From positions 1 to 64,000 of the forward strand of contig NW_021832380.1 of assembly GCF_006345805.1 (NCBI RefSeq): a stretch of 64,000 bases of DNA. Direction: 5' to 3'. Source of the DNA: Octopus sinensis (taxonomy: Eukaryota). The notes under the pieces are model-generated. The model did not search any database and was not told the DNA's origin. It saw only the letters and a list, made by a program, of their open reading frames with translations. The number at the start of each line of letters is the position of its first letter. Within the stretch, counting starts at the first letter, position 1. The position numbers and the translations under genes are program-made. Below are positions 37,383 through 51,049 of this stretch, one piece after another.

Positions 37383-37879
37383 ATGAGTGAGACGGAACAA
37401 CAACCCAAGTTGTATGACACCGAACACACCAAAACTCGCACTTTCTTCGTGGAAATTTGCATTCTTGTAACTGTCCTCATCCATTTAGATATTCTCAATC
37501 ATCGTCCTCATCTCATCCTCCATCAACTATGGATTTAGTCTGAATGGAGGAGGATTCGTCCAGTTTTGTGGAGTGTTGTCCCTGGTGTACAGCATTCTGC
37601 ACTTTGTGTCCTACTTCTTCAAACTGAACACAAAAGTGGAGTCCTCCCGACTGAGCTTTATTGAAATGGTCACTAATGCCGGCCTGACAATACTCTACCT
37701 GATAGGCCTCATTATTTCGGCTGTCAATTCCAATCTGGTCTACAACGGAGTTGGGCCAGGAGCAATCATCGCCACCACAGTATCCCATCGGCTCACTTAA
37801 ACAGGTTTTTTGTGCGGTGGGGACTGTCCTCTTCGGGTATTTGGCCTTTACATTCTACGTGGTTGTATACCAAAAGTGA
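37383..37879 (+). CDS. MARVEL-domain (CMTM/plasmolipin-like) four-TM protein
   Basis: Four hydrophobic segments with MARVEL-like spacing, two short introns, GC-richer island. Confidence 0.6.
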
Positions 37880-38479
37880 TCTCCCTTCTCCGTCCCTTTA
37901 CTCTTAATTTGGTTATTAAATTTTGGAATTCCATATTTCCCCATTAGATGTTAAGTTTTTTAGAGAATTTTTGCCCAGAACATATTTGTCCACAATTCTG
38001 CAAATTTCATTTTTAATGTGGGGTCAAATCGAAGTTGGCTAAGTTTTAGAGGATGATTCTGAAAATAAATTTCTAATCCAATCATATATTTCGATTAAGA
38101 GATGGGAAATAATGATTAATGCTCTTTTCTAATTCTTTAGATAAGATAAAATTAATCTCATTAACTAGCTCAAATATAATCATTTTTGTATGTAATACCT
38201 AGTATGGTTAACATTTCTAAATCTTCAAGTTTAACATGATTCTTCCAAATATTTATTTTTTTAAATTCCAAAGACTTTGAGGTCAACATATTTTTGTAAG
38301 ATCTTGCAGCACCTAAACCAGATCTCTTGGCACCAAAAATGCCGCGGCATCCCGGTTGGGAACCGCTGCTGTAGGAAGTCTTGGTCTATTATACAATTCA
38401 GCGTGCCTCCCAACTTATCTGTAATACAATTAAAAGTACTTCTCAACTCATAAATAATTGAATTTCATAAAAAACTAAT

Positions 38480-38945
38480 TGCTAAGTCAAAAGCCTTCGA
38501 AATGAACAGAGGATGCAACTCCATGCACCTTCTTCCTCCTCTTCTCTGGCACTGTAGATCTCCGAGAAGGTGCAGTCCAGCGCCTCTCGCTGACTAAACA
38601 TCAGGAAAGGGCTGGATCGGCAAGCATCAAACGAGACATTCTCCAGAGTTCTCTTAAGAACAGTTGACTGTATATAAGCCTATAGAGACTTATCAGCTGT
38701 CTTAAGTACCGCTTGTGGTAGTGACCAGTCCATCCCATGTCATCACACACGGAATGATGAAAGTATCCACCTTAATGCACACCTTCGAGTTTTCACACAC
38801 CGATTGAACTCGATGGGTTCGCAACTTTCTGGACCGCTTCAATCCATACTTATTGCAGAGCAGAAGATGGAGGGACCTCACCATCTAGTAATGCCTTCAT
38901 GTGTAATCATAGTACATCATACTCCCACACTTCGTAGCTAAATGG
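38480..38945 (-). mobile_element. Microsporidian-style RLE retroelement 3' fragment
   Basis: RSLHLLLCNKYGL near identical to 6.7 kb; IPCVMTWDGLVT; YIQSTVLKRTLE. Confidence 0.85.
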
Positions 38946-39534
38946 TCAATTATTTCATTTGAAATGTTTGAATTTTCATACTGTTATAGAACAATGAAAA
39001 ACTTGGAATCACTTGCACGACACAATCAAATACACTATTAATCTCAGGTGACTTAAAGTAGAAATCTCCTATTATTTTAAACACCAATTGCATAAGCATA
39101 TATGAATACCCATATTTCACAATGAAGGCTCATTGTCAACTAATAACTGATTAAATATCTGCTCGAATAAAGCCCACTATTACACGCTGGAACGTGTTGG
39201 ATATTGTGCACTAATCGACTGTCAATTGTTCCGGCACGCCTTTAAGAATACATTCTGTTTTAAAGTACGCAATTTTATACAAGTTTAAAAATTATTCACC
39301 GCATCCATTGCCAAGTAAAATTCGACTTTTACCAAAGCCCCAATAAAATTAAATGTAAAAATTAAAGAATCGAGAAAGAAATGTTAAAACCGCAAATAGG
39401 CTTGATTAAGTAGTAACTGGGGAATATCCGAATCAGTCAAAATATCCCAAGCACTGTCACTCGTATGTCTATACCTTACAGCTGCATCACTCTTGTAATC
39501 AGAAAAGAGGCAGGACAACTAAAATACTATCTAC

Positions 39535-42500
39535 TCATATAACCTGGACATTCAATTCCTGAACGGTAGCCACCCTGTTGTACTCCGGATAAAACAGCTG
39601 CACTAAATACTCCTCTGAGGGGTCATTCTGCCGAACGGCACTTGCAAACAAGGATGAATATCCATTGGTCAGATCGACTGGCTTAGTAATGGTAACAACA
39701 ACACTGCATTTGTGGCAGTCACCGTGGAAACACAACTACCAAATAAAGCACATGACAACGTCGAATGACTGAGATATCAACACATTTGACTCCACAAGGC
39801 AGCCTAGGTATATCGGTCGGCCAATCCTGTTGTGGATGAATGTACGATAGTCCCTCAAGACAGTCTCCATCCTCTCGTCTGACGTGACGACACTCACAAA
39901 TATATCATCCCCGGGCTTTAAATTGGCCTGTTTCCTTAACTTTTGAACACGTGACGAAATCTCTCTCGCCATTCCCTGCATTTTACACACCTCCGACAGC
40001 GAGCATTTCATAACAACCCCAATCTAACAAATCAAGAAGAAGGACTACATAATTGTCGAAGGCAATTGAATACTCGGGCATGTCACCACTCCCCAACTGA
40101 TAACTCACGGACATCTCATCCAAAAGTACCCGAATATCTCCGGGCATATCCAAATATCCGCACTCGCATATCTTATCAAAGTCGGCGTCGGAAAGCTCGC
40201 TTAATATTCTGGTTATATCCGGCAGACAACTCCGACAACGAGGACCTAATTTTCGATAGTCTGGCTTGACAATTCTCCTTATGTTGAGAGACGTGAAATC
40301 TTGAGTGAAGACAATGTCGAAACTGTTGACCTCCTGGTGAATATAATGCATTAGTGGTCTCAATCGTTCTTCCAGTCTTCCCTGCTTGTCGATAATATAT
40401 GTCTTCTCCACTGGATACTTCAATGGCACGTTCATTCTGGTCCTGATTTGACGAGAAAGATCGAGGATTGTGATCATATCGGATACCACAACCTCCGTGC
40501 CAGCGTCAATTAGTGATCCAATTGGACGGGGCAGTAATGTGTGATGGATACTCTCGGGACACTCACCCATCATCATCTTGTTCAGTTCTTGGAATATAAA
40601 CTCAGTAAAGAATGGAGCAAAGGGGGCAAATAGTCTGATTGTAGTCATGACCACAGTCAGCAGGACAGTCAATGCCACCCGACTGTCTTCCCCCTTTCCC
40701 TTTAATCTCCCTCTACTAAGCCGAATATACACATTCGTCAAAATAGTTACATGTTTTAAGAACTTTGGCATCACTTTGTACAGTTTATACTCTACAATAA
40801 TCAAATCACCTTAAACCTGCCATTTCGGAGTGCACGGACTGTACGAGGGTGTAGGTTGCACTGATTATGTAACGATCCAGAATGTTTTGTAATCTCATCT
40901 CCCCCACAACTCGTTCGTAGTTCTCGAAACTCAGTCCAACAACCGAGTAATTATCCCTCAGTATCGAGAAAGAATTATAGAAGGGGATAAAAAAGGTTCT
41001 ATGGAATTCCAGGACATGTGCTTCTTTAAAGCGGAGGTTCTCTCCGTGGACTGCAGGGGAATTGATGAGGTAACAGCGCAGGGCATCCGATCCATATTTG
41101 GAGATGACTTCCAGTGGGTCGGGGTAGTTCTTCTTTCGCTTGGACATTTTCTGTCCATCCCTACAATGACAAAACATCATTACTCGGCCAATATCAATCC
41201 GTTGCAAATCAGGTTCTTGAAAGGAGCCTTCCCGTACAGAATTGTTGAGAGGACCATCAGCGTGTAGAACCACCCTCTGGTCTGGTCGATTCCCTCAGCC
41301 ACAAAATCGGCAGGGAAACATTCCTCAAATGTATTTTTGTTTTCGAATGGGAAATGTGACTGTGCGTAGGGCATACTCCCAGATTCGAACCAACAGTCAA
41401 ACACTTGCGGGACTCGTCTCAGTTGGCCCTTCCCCTGCTTGGATGGAATTGTTATACAATCGACACTGATTGTTATTCCTGAAAACATACTTTTCCCGAT
41501 GCATGTCCGACACCCGTATTCCAGAGAGTTCATAAAGCTCATCGACCGAACCAACCACCACCACTTCCTCTCCGTCCTCACTCGTCCACATGGGTATGGG
41601 CGTTCCCCAATAACGATCTCGCGAAATGGCCCAATCCCGGGCATTGGCCAACCAATTAGCAAATCGGCCATGCTTCACAAAATCAGGAACCCAATAAGTT
41701 TGATCATTCGACTGAAGCAATTGGGGGACTATGGACTCGACGTTGACAAATATGGTGGACACTGCTCTGTACATCAACGGAGTGTCCGACCTTCCATGTA
41801 CACAATAAAAACCTCCAACAAAAGGGATAACTGTGTTTTAGACTCTGATTTTTGAGAAGTAGGCCACTCTCTTTCAACATGCTGATCACTTTTTTATTAG
41901 CGTCCTAATTACATACAGCAATAAAACATCCACCTGGAAATACATCCCCGCCAGTTCGGGCACTTGGGTCGTGAATATGCCCGAATCGTCGATAGGGCAG
42001 GCCACATGGAGAGGGGAAATCACTCCGTACTTGGACGCAATCCTAAAGTCATCCTCTCCAAAGAATGGCGCCTGCTGGACGAGCCCAGTGCCAGCATCCT
42101 CGGTCACGTACTCGTCACACACAACTCGGAATGCCCCTCTTTGCTCGAACTGCAAATTGACACGAATCACAAACATGTTTGAAATAACTGAATGGTGGGA
42201 CAAATCTCTTTCCCTCGAGTGTTTTCCCCTCAAAACTATCATAACAACTCCCTCCTCACCGTTCGACGACTTGGCCAGAATCCTTCCCGAACACGTCCTT
42301 TATCCTCGATTCCATCAGAATGTACGACTTGCTGGTTTTCCCATCTGGAACACTCAAATAAGGGAAAAACCAATATAACGACAATACACGTGTGTGGGGT
42401 GAGCACACACAAGCAGGAGAGATACGACAGTCCACGGAGTCGTAGTCCAAATAAGGAGAAGGGAATCCTCCTCTGCCAAGGGGATCTCGACAAAGACTAG

Positions 42501-43154
42501 AACATGAGAAGGAAGGAGGACTGGATGGATCGACGACCTCTTTATAATTCTGCCCAGCCTCAAAATTGGAGAGAGGAGTGTGGCAGGCGTTTGAATAGGG
42601 CATGACCTTATAACTTTTGTACACAAATCCCTTGTTGAACAATTCTTTGAAGACCCACCAGACGGACTCCATAAACCAGGGGTACATTGTCTTGTAGTCG
42701 TTCTTGAAATCAATCCAGCGACCAAGGCGACGGACGATGGCCTCCCACTGAGACGAGTATCTCATCACAATCTTCCTGCACTCGTCGTTGTACTGTTTTA
42801 TGCCCATTGCGGCCACGTCTGCCGATGACTTTATGCCCAGGGATTTGTCGATTTCGTACTCCACGGGCAGCCCGTGACAGTCCCAGCCGAATCTTCTCTC
42901 GACTTGGTGTCCCATCATGTGTGCCCAACGAGGGACCACGTCTTTGATAGTTCCCGCGAGGATATGCCCGTAGTGGGGGAGGCCGGTTGCAAAAGGGGGG
43001 CCGTCGAAAAAAGTGAAACTTGAATATTATTTTTTTCTTACCGTGGCATGTCTTTATGGAGTTCGTTTGACTTGTGGAAGGCATTTATGGAGTCCCAGTA
43101 TTCGAGGATGTCTTCTTCTGACTTGGCAAAATTAAAAACATTATTGTTCGACAT
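39535..43154 (-). CDS. IARS1: Cytosolic isoleucine--tRNA ligase (many tiny introns)
   Basis: [14 protein letters not shown] (HIGH), [59 protein letters not shown]; first intron 43019-43041 (23 nt). Confidence 0.95.
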
Positions 43155-43719
43155 TACACGTGACACAGTATTTATGCTTTTGTAATCGGATTAATTTATA
43201 CACAAATAATTTTTTTAATTCATCAGAAAATTATTATTTTTAAATAAAATTCTTTAAAATGTCATAAAAGTGATTAAACATTTTCAAAATAGGAAGTTTG
43301 AATAAATAATAATTTATGTAAAAAAACAATCAACTGTGTTCAAAAAGAATTACATGACTGTCTCCTAGAATAATCAACTGGATTTCCATCCGAACGGGCT
43401 GAGGTAGAAAGTTTGAAAAATGCGCTGGGGTCTGGGATCGCTGGAATGTTTGTTCTTGCAGTCGATTTTTCGGTATTTAGCAAAACGAGTTTTCATTTTC
43501 AGGCATAATGTCCTGTCTATCCACAAACAGGAAATTATATATCAAGTTTTTTTTCGGAAAAAATTTAAAATAAGGAAGAATCATTTGTGAATAGCTTAAT
43601 TGTTCTCACTAAGGATAGCAATCAAAATTCTCCATGAAGACATCTACGAGAAACAATTCTTCTCCCGATGTCGTGCATGAAGGCTCACATAAGATATTCA
43701 CCAACTCCTCAGGTGACTT

Positions 43720-44030
43720 GGTCATAAGGTGGTGTCCAGGGATAGATTGATATTTGTTGGTTTTGTTGTCTGGGTGGCTAGAGAATTCGACCGCCAAGAT
43801 TTGACTTTAAGAACGTGTTTGTACAAGTGGCATCCCACACCAATGATCGGTCTTCTCAAAATGGGAAGATTTCTCTTCCGTATGGTCTTTTGCAGTCACC
43901 ACGGTCGAAGATGGAGGGGAATTTTGCGGTCTGAACCGAGCGAGAGACGACATCATTCAGAGCTGCGTGTCGGGGAAAAGGGCCGACGCTTTGTCGGCAT
44001 GAGAAAAGAGGGTGCAGTTCCGCCGCAATA
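43720..44030 (-). mobile_element. CRE-like RLE fragment
   Basis: Minus strand: RHAALNDVV, LVWDATC. Confidence 0.75.
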
Positions 44031-44229
44031 TTATCAGTACGTGGGGCAAAAAGTCATGGAACGCTTGCATATTTTGATTAAATTTAATAATTCTCCTCGA
44101 AAATAATATTAAATACGGTAGTTTAAAAAAGAAATTAGAAATATAAGACATTTTAGATTGATTGTTCAAAAAACTATACTAACTCGAGTTATTTAAACTG
44201 CAATAATTAGCGATTTTTTTGTAAAAGTC

Positions 44230-45470
44230 AATTTATTGAAAGAAAAAAGTTATGGAACGAAATCAAACGAATATTTAGTTGCATTCCTTTTTGCTAGAAG
44301 TACTACTTTCAATTTTTTGTGAAGGATAAAGAAGCTTCTGACATTCAAATGAAGTAATATTTTCCCATTCTTCATAGCAAATTGTTTTTAATTCGTGAAT
44401 GTTTTTCGGTTTCCTTAAACCAACTTCCATTTTTAACATTGTCATAAATGTTCGATTTGATTGAGATCTGGTTATCGACTTGGTCTTTCCAAAAGATTTA
44501 TTTTCTTCCCTAGTAATCATTTTTGACTTATGTTTTGGGTCGTTGTCATGGTGGAATATCCATTGTTGTGATAAATTTAATTTAGGGACCGAACAAAACA
44601 AGCATTCTTCCAGGATTTTGCAATATTTAAGTGAATTTATTATTCCATCTAGTACAAATAATTCACCGACGTCTGTTGATGAACACAGCCCCACAGCATG
44701 ATACTTCCTCCCACGTGCTTTATGGTGGGTATGATGCATTTTGGGTTATACGCCTGATTGGATTTACGCCAAATTGAGAGCGTTTATTTCAGTCCGAAAA
44801 GTTGTATTTTTGATTCATCCGACCATAAAATATTGTTTATGAATTCATTTTCTTTATTTTAAATATATTTGGCATATTTAATTCTTGCAGAAATGTGTAT
44901 TTTCTTTAATAACGAAACAAGACAGGGCCTTTGTTTATTGATGCCTTCAGTGCGTTGTGTAGAAGAAATTGTACTAAGGGAAGCTAATCCTCATGCATTC
45001 TTTAAATCATAAGCCAATTTTTCTCGAGTAATTCTTAGCTTTTTACCGACTATTCTTTTCGTTAATGAGCAAGAACGTTGAGTTATTTTTTAGAGTACCT
45101 GATCTTGGTCGATTAATGACAGTTCCGTCTTGTTTCCATCGGGTAATAATATTACAAACAGTATTTATTCGTATTATCAGCAATTTGGAAATCTCTCAAT
45201 CACTTTTACCTCTTTGGTAGGCCGTTACAACTCGTTATTTTAGGTCCCAAGAATGCTCTTTCTCGTCACCATGATAATTTCAATAGAGTGAAAAATGAAA
45301 GTATATTTATACTAATAAGAATCTATTAATCAGTTTTATTGAAATTACGGCTAATCATTCATTTCAAAGAAAAAAGAAGCTACGAAAATATAATCATTCA
45401 TATTTTATTGCAGAAAAAAATCCATATTTCTTTGATAGTCCCATCACTTTTTCCACATAAAATTTGACAT
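44230..45470 (-). mobile_element. Tc1-like transposon, degenerate
   Basis: N-terminal HTH, DNDPKHKSK, CYEEWENI; decayed inverted ends. Confidence 0.8.
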
Positions 45471-45840
45471 TTTTCAATTAAAGTGCAATTTCAATGACTT
45501 TTATTTGAAATTCGTGAAAATAATTAATTAAAAATAGGTTAAAAAGAATACACGATTTCATTATAAAAGTTATTAAAGCTGTCAAAAATACTAATCATTA
45601 TAAACTTTATCAAATTAAAAAAAAGATAGGGGTTCCATGACTTATTTGCCTCATTGTAAGTATTTGTTCGAACCGAGCCGACAAATGACTACATACTTGA
45701 GAGAGTTGTCTTTAAGATCCAGTAGATGCAGTCGGAAATGCGTTCAGCACACCACTGTACTAGTCTGCAGCGGAAACGAGCCAGCCAAAGACTCTATCGC
45801 CCAGATTACGTTGGAAGCGGAAGGCTTAAGTTATTCCATT

Positions 45841-46262
45841 ATTATTATTTAAAGACCAAACACGGGCAAAGCCAGTTAATTATAGTTATTCCCGTGATCG
45901 CCGATCCAAACGAGGGAGATCCTTTTGAAAGGTTCAAGCCTTCCCGCAAGATCGGCCTGAGACGACGATGTCCCAGGGTCTGAGAAGCTAAGAGTCCTTT
46001 TTCGGTAGGCATTAAGTGCCTCCTGAGCGTTGCCATATCCGGAGGAATTTCCAACTGACATGGTGGACCCCGTAACGCCACGCTAAGTCCGGAAGGTAAG
46101 AGATCCCCATTTCCAACTGTGTCGTGCCAGAAGTACTCGTTGCCTCACGGGCAGGGGAACGATAACGAGAATTTGCCCCAGGATGAAAACTGGCCTCCTT
46201 CGGAATCGAACTCACGACCGTCCAAATCCATTATCCATAGCTTAGTCTTCAGCCAAGGGGGC
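45841..46262 (-). mobile_element. tRNA-derived SINE A, full length
   Basis: ~72-nt tRNA-like head (gccccct..aggaggcca, B box GTTCGATTC), ~80-bp core, tail ending (AAT)n; second copy at 61.65-61.99 kb. Confidence 0.8.
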
Positions 46263-46279
46263 TAAAAAAATTCCGTGGA

Positions 46280-46620
46280 AAAAGGAGAAGCCGGTATTTC
46301 GGAAAAGAAATCCTGGTGGAAAGTGGCCTCGGCAACCGGATGAGGGAACATATTCATCGCGTAAATTTGAAGGCCGCTTTTTTCGTGATTTTAAGACACA
46401 TGAGATTGAAGAAACAATTGCAAGAAACGTAGCAAATTCCGTTCTTCCTGTGCAAGAACTGGAAGATGGAAAGCATTGTAAACTGCAGCCTCGTGGGGGA
46501 AGAAAGAAAAGTGTTTATGGTAGGAACATAGGAGTTACATTGATAAATGGCAGAGAGGCAGAATACTACGAACGCTGAAAAAGATAAAAGCAACAATAAC
46601 AACGCGCAACAACGCATCAT
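46280..46620 (-). mobile_element. CRE-like 5' fragment with degenerate PHD
   Basis: ICYVSCNCFFNLMC...R*ICS and the 5' motif gttgttgcgcgttgtt as at 11.85 kb. Confidence 0.6.
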
Positions 46621-47559
46621 AAAATAGAAAGTTCATGTGCGTAAATGATTCAACGAACCAGGAACTTTATGTGACGACTATTCCGTCACTGGGCTTCCGT
46701 AGATGTTCTCGTTTTTAAAGTTATCTAGAGTATATTTAAATATTTAGTTTGTTGAGTTGTTCCCTCATGTCGTATACGAACACATTAAGTTCGTTTTATC
46801 GTTGAAATTGCAAAATTTCCAAGACTATTGAGGTGATATTTGAATGAGTGATTTTTTGCTGTTTTTGTTACAAATCTCAGGAGGTGATATAATTTTAATT
46901 GAGCGTTCATCACTGTTTTAAATTTACACTGAGGCAATAAATAAAGAATAGCGATTCAAATCAGTAGATCACCTTTCTTTATAAAAGCTATTTTTAGAGA
47001 AGATTAATAATTTCCGAGACCTGAATAATCAGTTCTCAGTTTAAACTTTTATAAAAGACAATAGCAAATAAAAATTATTTTAAAGACTATTTATTGAAAA
47101 TTCCCATAACCTAATTTTCCAGATTTTGCGTACTAAAGTTTCTATTCGACCTCAAGAAACTCATGAATTGCGGAAAGCATCATTCGACAGATGCTAAGAA
47201 TTGCTGATAGTTTTAAAGAGACGAATAATCTCTAGGAAATATTTTTGCATTCCATAGTGAAATAATAATTTGTTGAAATAATGGAAAAAAGTAAAGATAA
47301 AAAAATTAACTCTACAATTTATTTTTTTAATTTCAGGCACCTCCAAACAATTTCAGGCACCCCCAATCAGGAAGCACTGCTCTAATGGGTCCCACTACCA
47401 TGTATGTCATAATACAGAAATGTCAAATCCTGTTTAATCTGTATTGAATAACCTTTTGACTGACCTAACGCTGTATAAGAATTTTTATTTTTGAAAGTAC
47501 AATATTTTTTTCCATTTGATCGTAGCACTTTCCTAGGCAATTTAATTTGATCCAGATCT

Positions 47560-47840
47560 GGTTCTTCCTGCTTTCCTATCCCCTCACTCTGCTTTAAGTA
47601 TTCTCACGAACATCGTTGTAAGAAACCTTACCGAACGACAATTATTCTGTTGCTTGTGGTCAGTGGGTTTCTCAGTTTGGCTCGAGGCTGCCCGATTCAT
47701 TCAGCGTCAGTGAGACGAGTCTCTTGTCAGTCAATATACGATCTTCTGTCTCCAATCAACACTCAAAGACTATGCCTTCCATCGGGATCTGGTGGACAAG
47801 AATTCTTTAAGTATCGCAATTTTCCTCCGTGTCGGGCTGA
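47560..47840 (+). mobile_element. CRE-like internal fragment, deleted
   Basis: Nucleotide similarity to 34220-34590 (ttgtaagaaaccttaccgaacg, ctccgtgtcgggctgaaaa). Confidence 0.7.
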
Positions 47841-49094
47841 AAAAATATTTGTGAAAATATCCCACAGAATTTTAATTACACCTAATGGAATGCTTTTATT
47901 TGTAAATTATGTGAGTTACATTACATTTTATAAATTGAGTAATCGAGCAATTATCAACTTATTCGAAATTTTTGGGCCTCAACTTCCTTCGGAGTTATAT
48001 AGTAGAAATTTTAGCTCAACGTTAGATATACAAAATAATTAATTTAATTTCAAATAAGAAAGGTAGTTTGAATAATTTAATTGTTAAAGTTTTTTGACTG
48101 TGGATCAAACTGATGTTAGGAGAAAAGTTATTTTCTAATATTAATTTCACATAATTTTTGTTTTTGTTAGGAGTTCAAATTTGAACTTTGGCAAATCCGC
48201 AAAGATTTTACCTAATAGATTGTATAATAATTGATTTCTCAACGAATTCTTTTATCATCAGTCAAATTATTGATATCTTTAAGCTCGCACGTATCTTTAA
48301 CCACTTGGGATATTTGGTATATAGTTGAATCGATTTGATCATACGATTGGGATATTTTCGATTATTTGGTGCCTCTGGAAATAATTAAATCTCCTTCACT
48401 GAGACAGGGATACATCTGAAAAGTATATGGACGAATGTTGTTCACTGGTGATGCCCAAACTAACTATTCATGCTCCTCGACCATTCTTCTAAGGGTTGAT
48501 TAGTCATCAGCGTCCATAGGGACATCTCCGCAAAGGATTGACTGTATTATGTCTTTATACGACAAGTTCAATGGACTGTTACTGATGACATCATTTCTCT
48601 ATTTTAGAGACAGAAAAAGGTGCCCAATGGCTATTTAAAGTTGATAGATTTGATAAATTCTGCGTTATTGTGATTTTTAATTCGAAAATGTTTATTTTCA
48701 ACCTAAAAACGTGATTTACGAGGAGAAAGAAAAGTTTTTTGGTGAGGTGGTGAAGGTCCCTCTTTTGCACAAATGTCTTTCTCACGCTTGTTATCCCAAG
48801 ACTCAATCTCGTGTACCAAAAACTTCAAGAGATCTGGAACAACACAAGCTGACCATCTGTTCCCCGAAACGTAAGAAAATAAAAGAACATGGAAACTCTA
48901 AAATAGCACACTCCAAACGACATTTCACTACGGCCTGGGGCTTGTATAATCCCGGATGTGGCCCTGTTGGAGATTAATGGTATGAGCAAGAATATACCCC
49001 TCGGTTGAAAGGACTATTTTTTAATTAAACAGATTTTTGTATTTTTTTGATTTATTATGTTAATGTGGGAGGAAAGTTATAAATTATTATATTA

Positions 49095-50490
49095 ATGTCA
49101 CTTGATGAGGTTCTTGTAGTCAAAGGAATTTTAAATGACTTCCCTGACTCCAGTCGAGTATATTTTTAGTAATAAAAGTAGATCAAAAACTGTTTAAATA
49201 AACTCAAAAATATGAAAAACATTAACTTTTCTACAATCGCAGTCTCAGGCATAGGAAGGACGGTCGCTCTCTTCCGAAACCACCCCGGCTCGGTGGGCTT
49301 TATGGCCCGTGCTCTCATCAAGACTGGAAGACCTTAATCCTGGCAACTGTCCCCAACGTTGATCTGATCAACAAAAATGATGGTCTCCCTGTGCCCACCG
49401 ACAAGCCCAAATTCCTCAACAAAATATATTTCCAACGAATTAAACGCCGCAGAGAACGAAAACTACAACAAGCCCGCCAACTTATCTCCGCACGTGCTAT
49501 TCCCGATATGACTGAGCCTTCTCCCCAAAATGCATTTCCCGCCAAAAAACAGCCAATTCCCGCCAAGGAAGTCGTGGTTTCAGACACCGTCGCCCGTGCT
49601 ATTCCCGAGATGACTGAGCCTTCACCCAAAAATACATTTCCCGCCAAAAGACAGCCAGCACAGGAAGGAATGGTTTCAAATAGTGTCGAAAAACGGCGAC
49701 GGTACGAGGGAGGTTTCAGTAGTGGCGGGAAATTGTCCTTCGAGGATGCAATGAGGACGTGTAGTGAGGCCAAGACTCGGATCCCTCGGAAGGCAGTAAA
49801 TAAGGTGGTTGAGTGACTGGGAGTGTAGATCGTGGACTCGATTTTGGATAGGCCTTCGAGGACAAGCCAAGTCCAAGATTTGTCATTTTCAAAAAAAACA
49901 TCAAAAACGAGGGTTTTTTCAGGACAAAAAAGAGTGAATAAGGGTAAGGAATTAAATAATGTGGACAGACGTGTCATCCTTAAAGTCCCTGTGTCTGGAA
50001 CATTTGTTAGGGAATATCAACAGTATTCGTATTGTCGGTGTTGTAGAGATTGAACATGTCGGATTGGTCCCCCTGCAGTTGTTCTGGCCCGTTTTGGAAA
50101 AGTGCACTCCCGAGCAGTTGGCGAGGATTGAGTATTATAATCCTGTTGTGTGTTTTGGTGACTTGTAGATGTTTGTGAGTCACACACAGTCATTGTGGAG
50201 AGATCATTGTGCCAGAATTAATACTCGATCCAGTCGCGGAAAGAAGGAGGACCAGAATTGGCGAGAATATTATGTGGTTAGTAATTTGTTTTATGGGAAA
50301 GCAATGTAAGAAGGAGAATGAGAGGATGTTGGCCAGGTTTTCAAAGTCTATGAGTGCCTCTTGTTGTGAGGGGACAAAGAATGTTGGAGTGTTGTCGCGT
50401 GTTGTGAGGAATGTGTCAATACAGTCATCCCCCATTAAACAGCGGGGTGATGGGTGGAAGCGTATTGGCCGTCTATATAAAAAATTATGA
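49095..50490 (+). CDS. ELOA: Elongin A
   Basis: TFIIS-N-like SGIGRTVALFRNH..ALIKDWK; RVFSG; BC-box SLKSLC; VLEKCTPEQLARIEYYNP; LWRDHC; WREYY. Short introns and one probable homopolymer frameshift near 49200. Confidence 0.85.
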
Positions 50491-51049
50491 TTATATGTAT
50501 TCAAATGTATTAAATTTATTTGATTGTATACAAATTGCTCAATCTTTGTGGTGTTGCTGATTACGTCAAAAGGTTGTAGGCACATCTGAGGTGATTATTA
50601 AGGGGGTTATTCTCTAAATTTAATAAATGACCATCAACCTGAGGAGAGCATTTACTTTCAAGATTAAATAACTATAAAGTTTACTTCATCTTGTTCCATT
50701 TGTCCGTTCCTGGGTTGTCTTTACATTTTTCTTAGATTAAAAAAGCATTGGAAAATGAAAGTAAAATACACATCGTAGATTTTTTTGTCATATATTTTAT
50801 TACATGAAAGAACTATTTCTAATTTAAATTAGTCGCCGTACGGATGGACAGGCAATCCCCACGTAATATCGCGATTCGTTGAAAAAGCCATTCAAGGTTA
50901 CACATGTCACCGATTTTGAACGGACCAGTTTTACATAAACTTTTTATTATGACTTAATCATGTAAATTCTATTTTAAATTATTTAATTAAGAATCCAAAT
51001 CGTCAGTGATTTTTTTTCTTTGCTTGGAAGAAGAGTTTTCCACAACTTC

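Noticed and set aside
46190-46262. Functional tRNA gene
   Set aside because: The anticodon and T stems do not pair properly, and it is contiguous with a repeated SINE body.
48600-48950. piggyBac C-terminal remnant (RKRCPMAI)
   Set aside because: One short degenerate motif only; no TTAA or TIR evidence.
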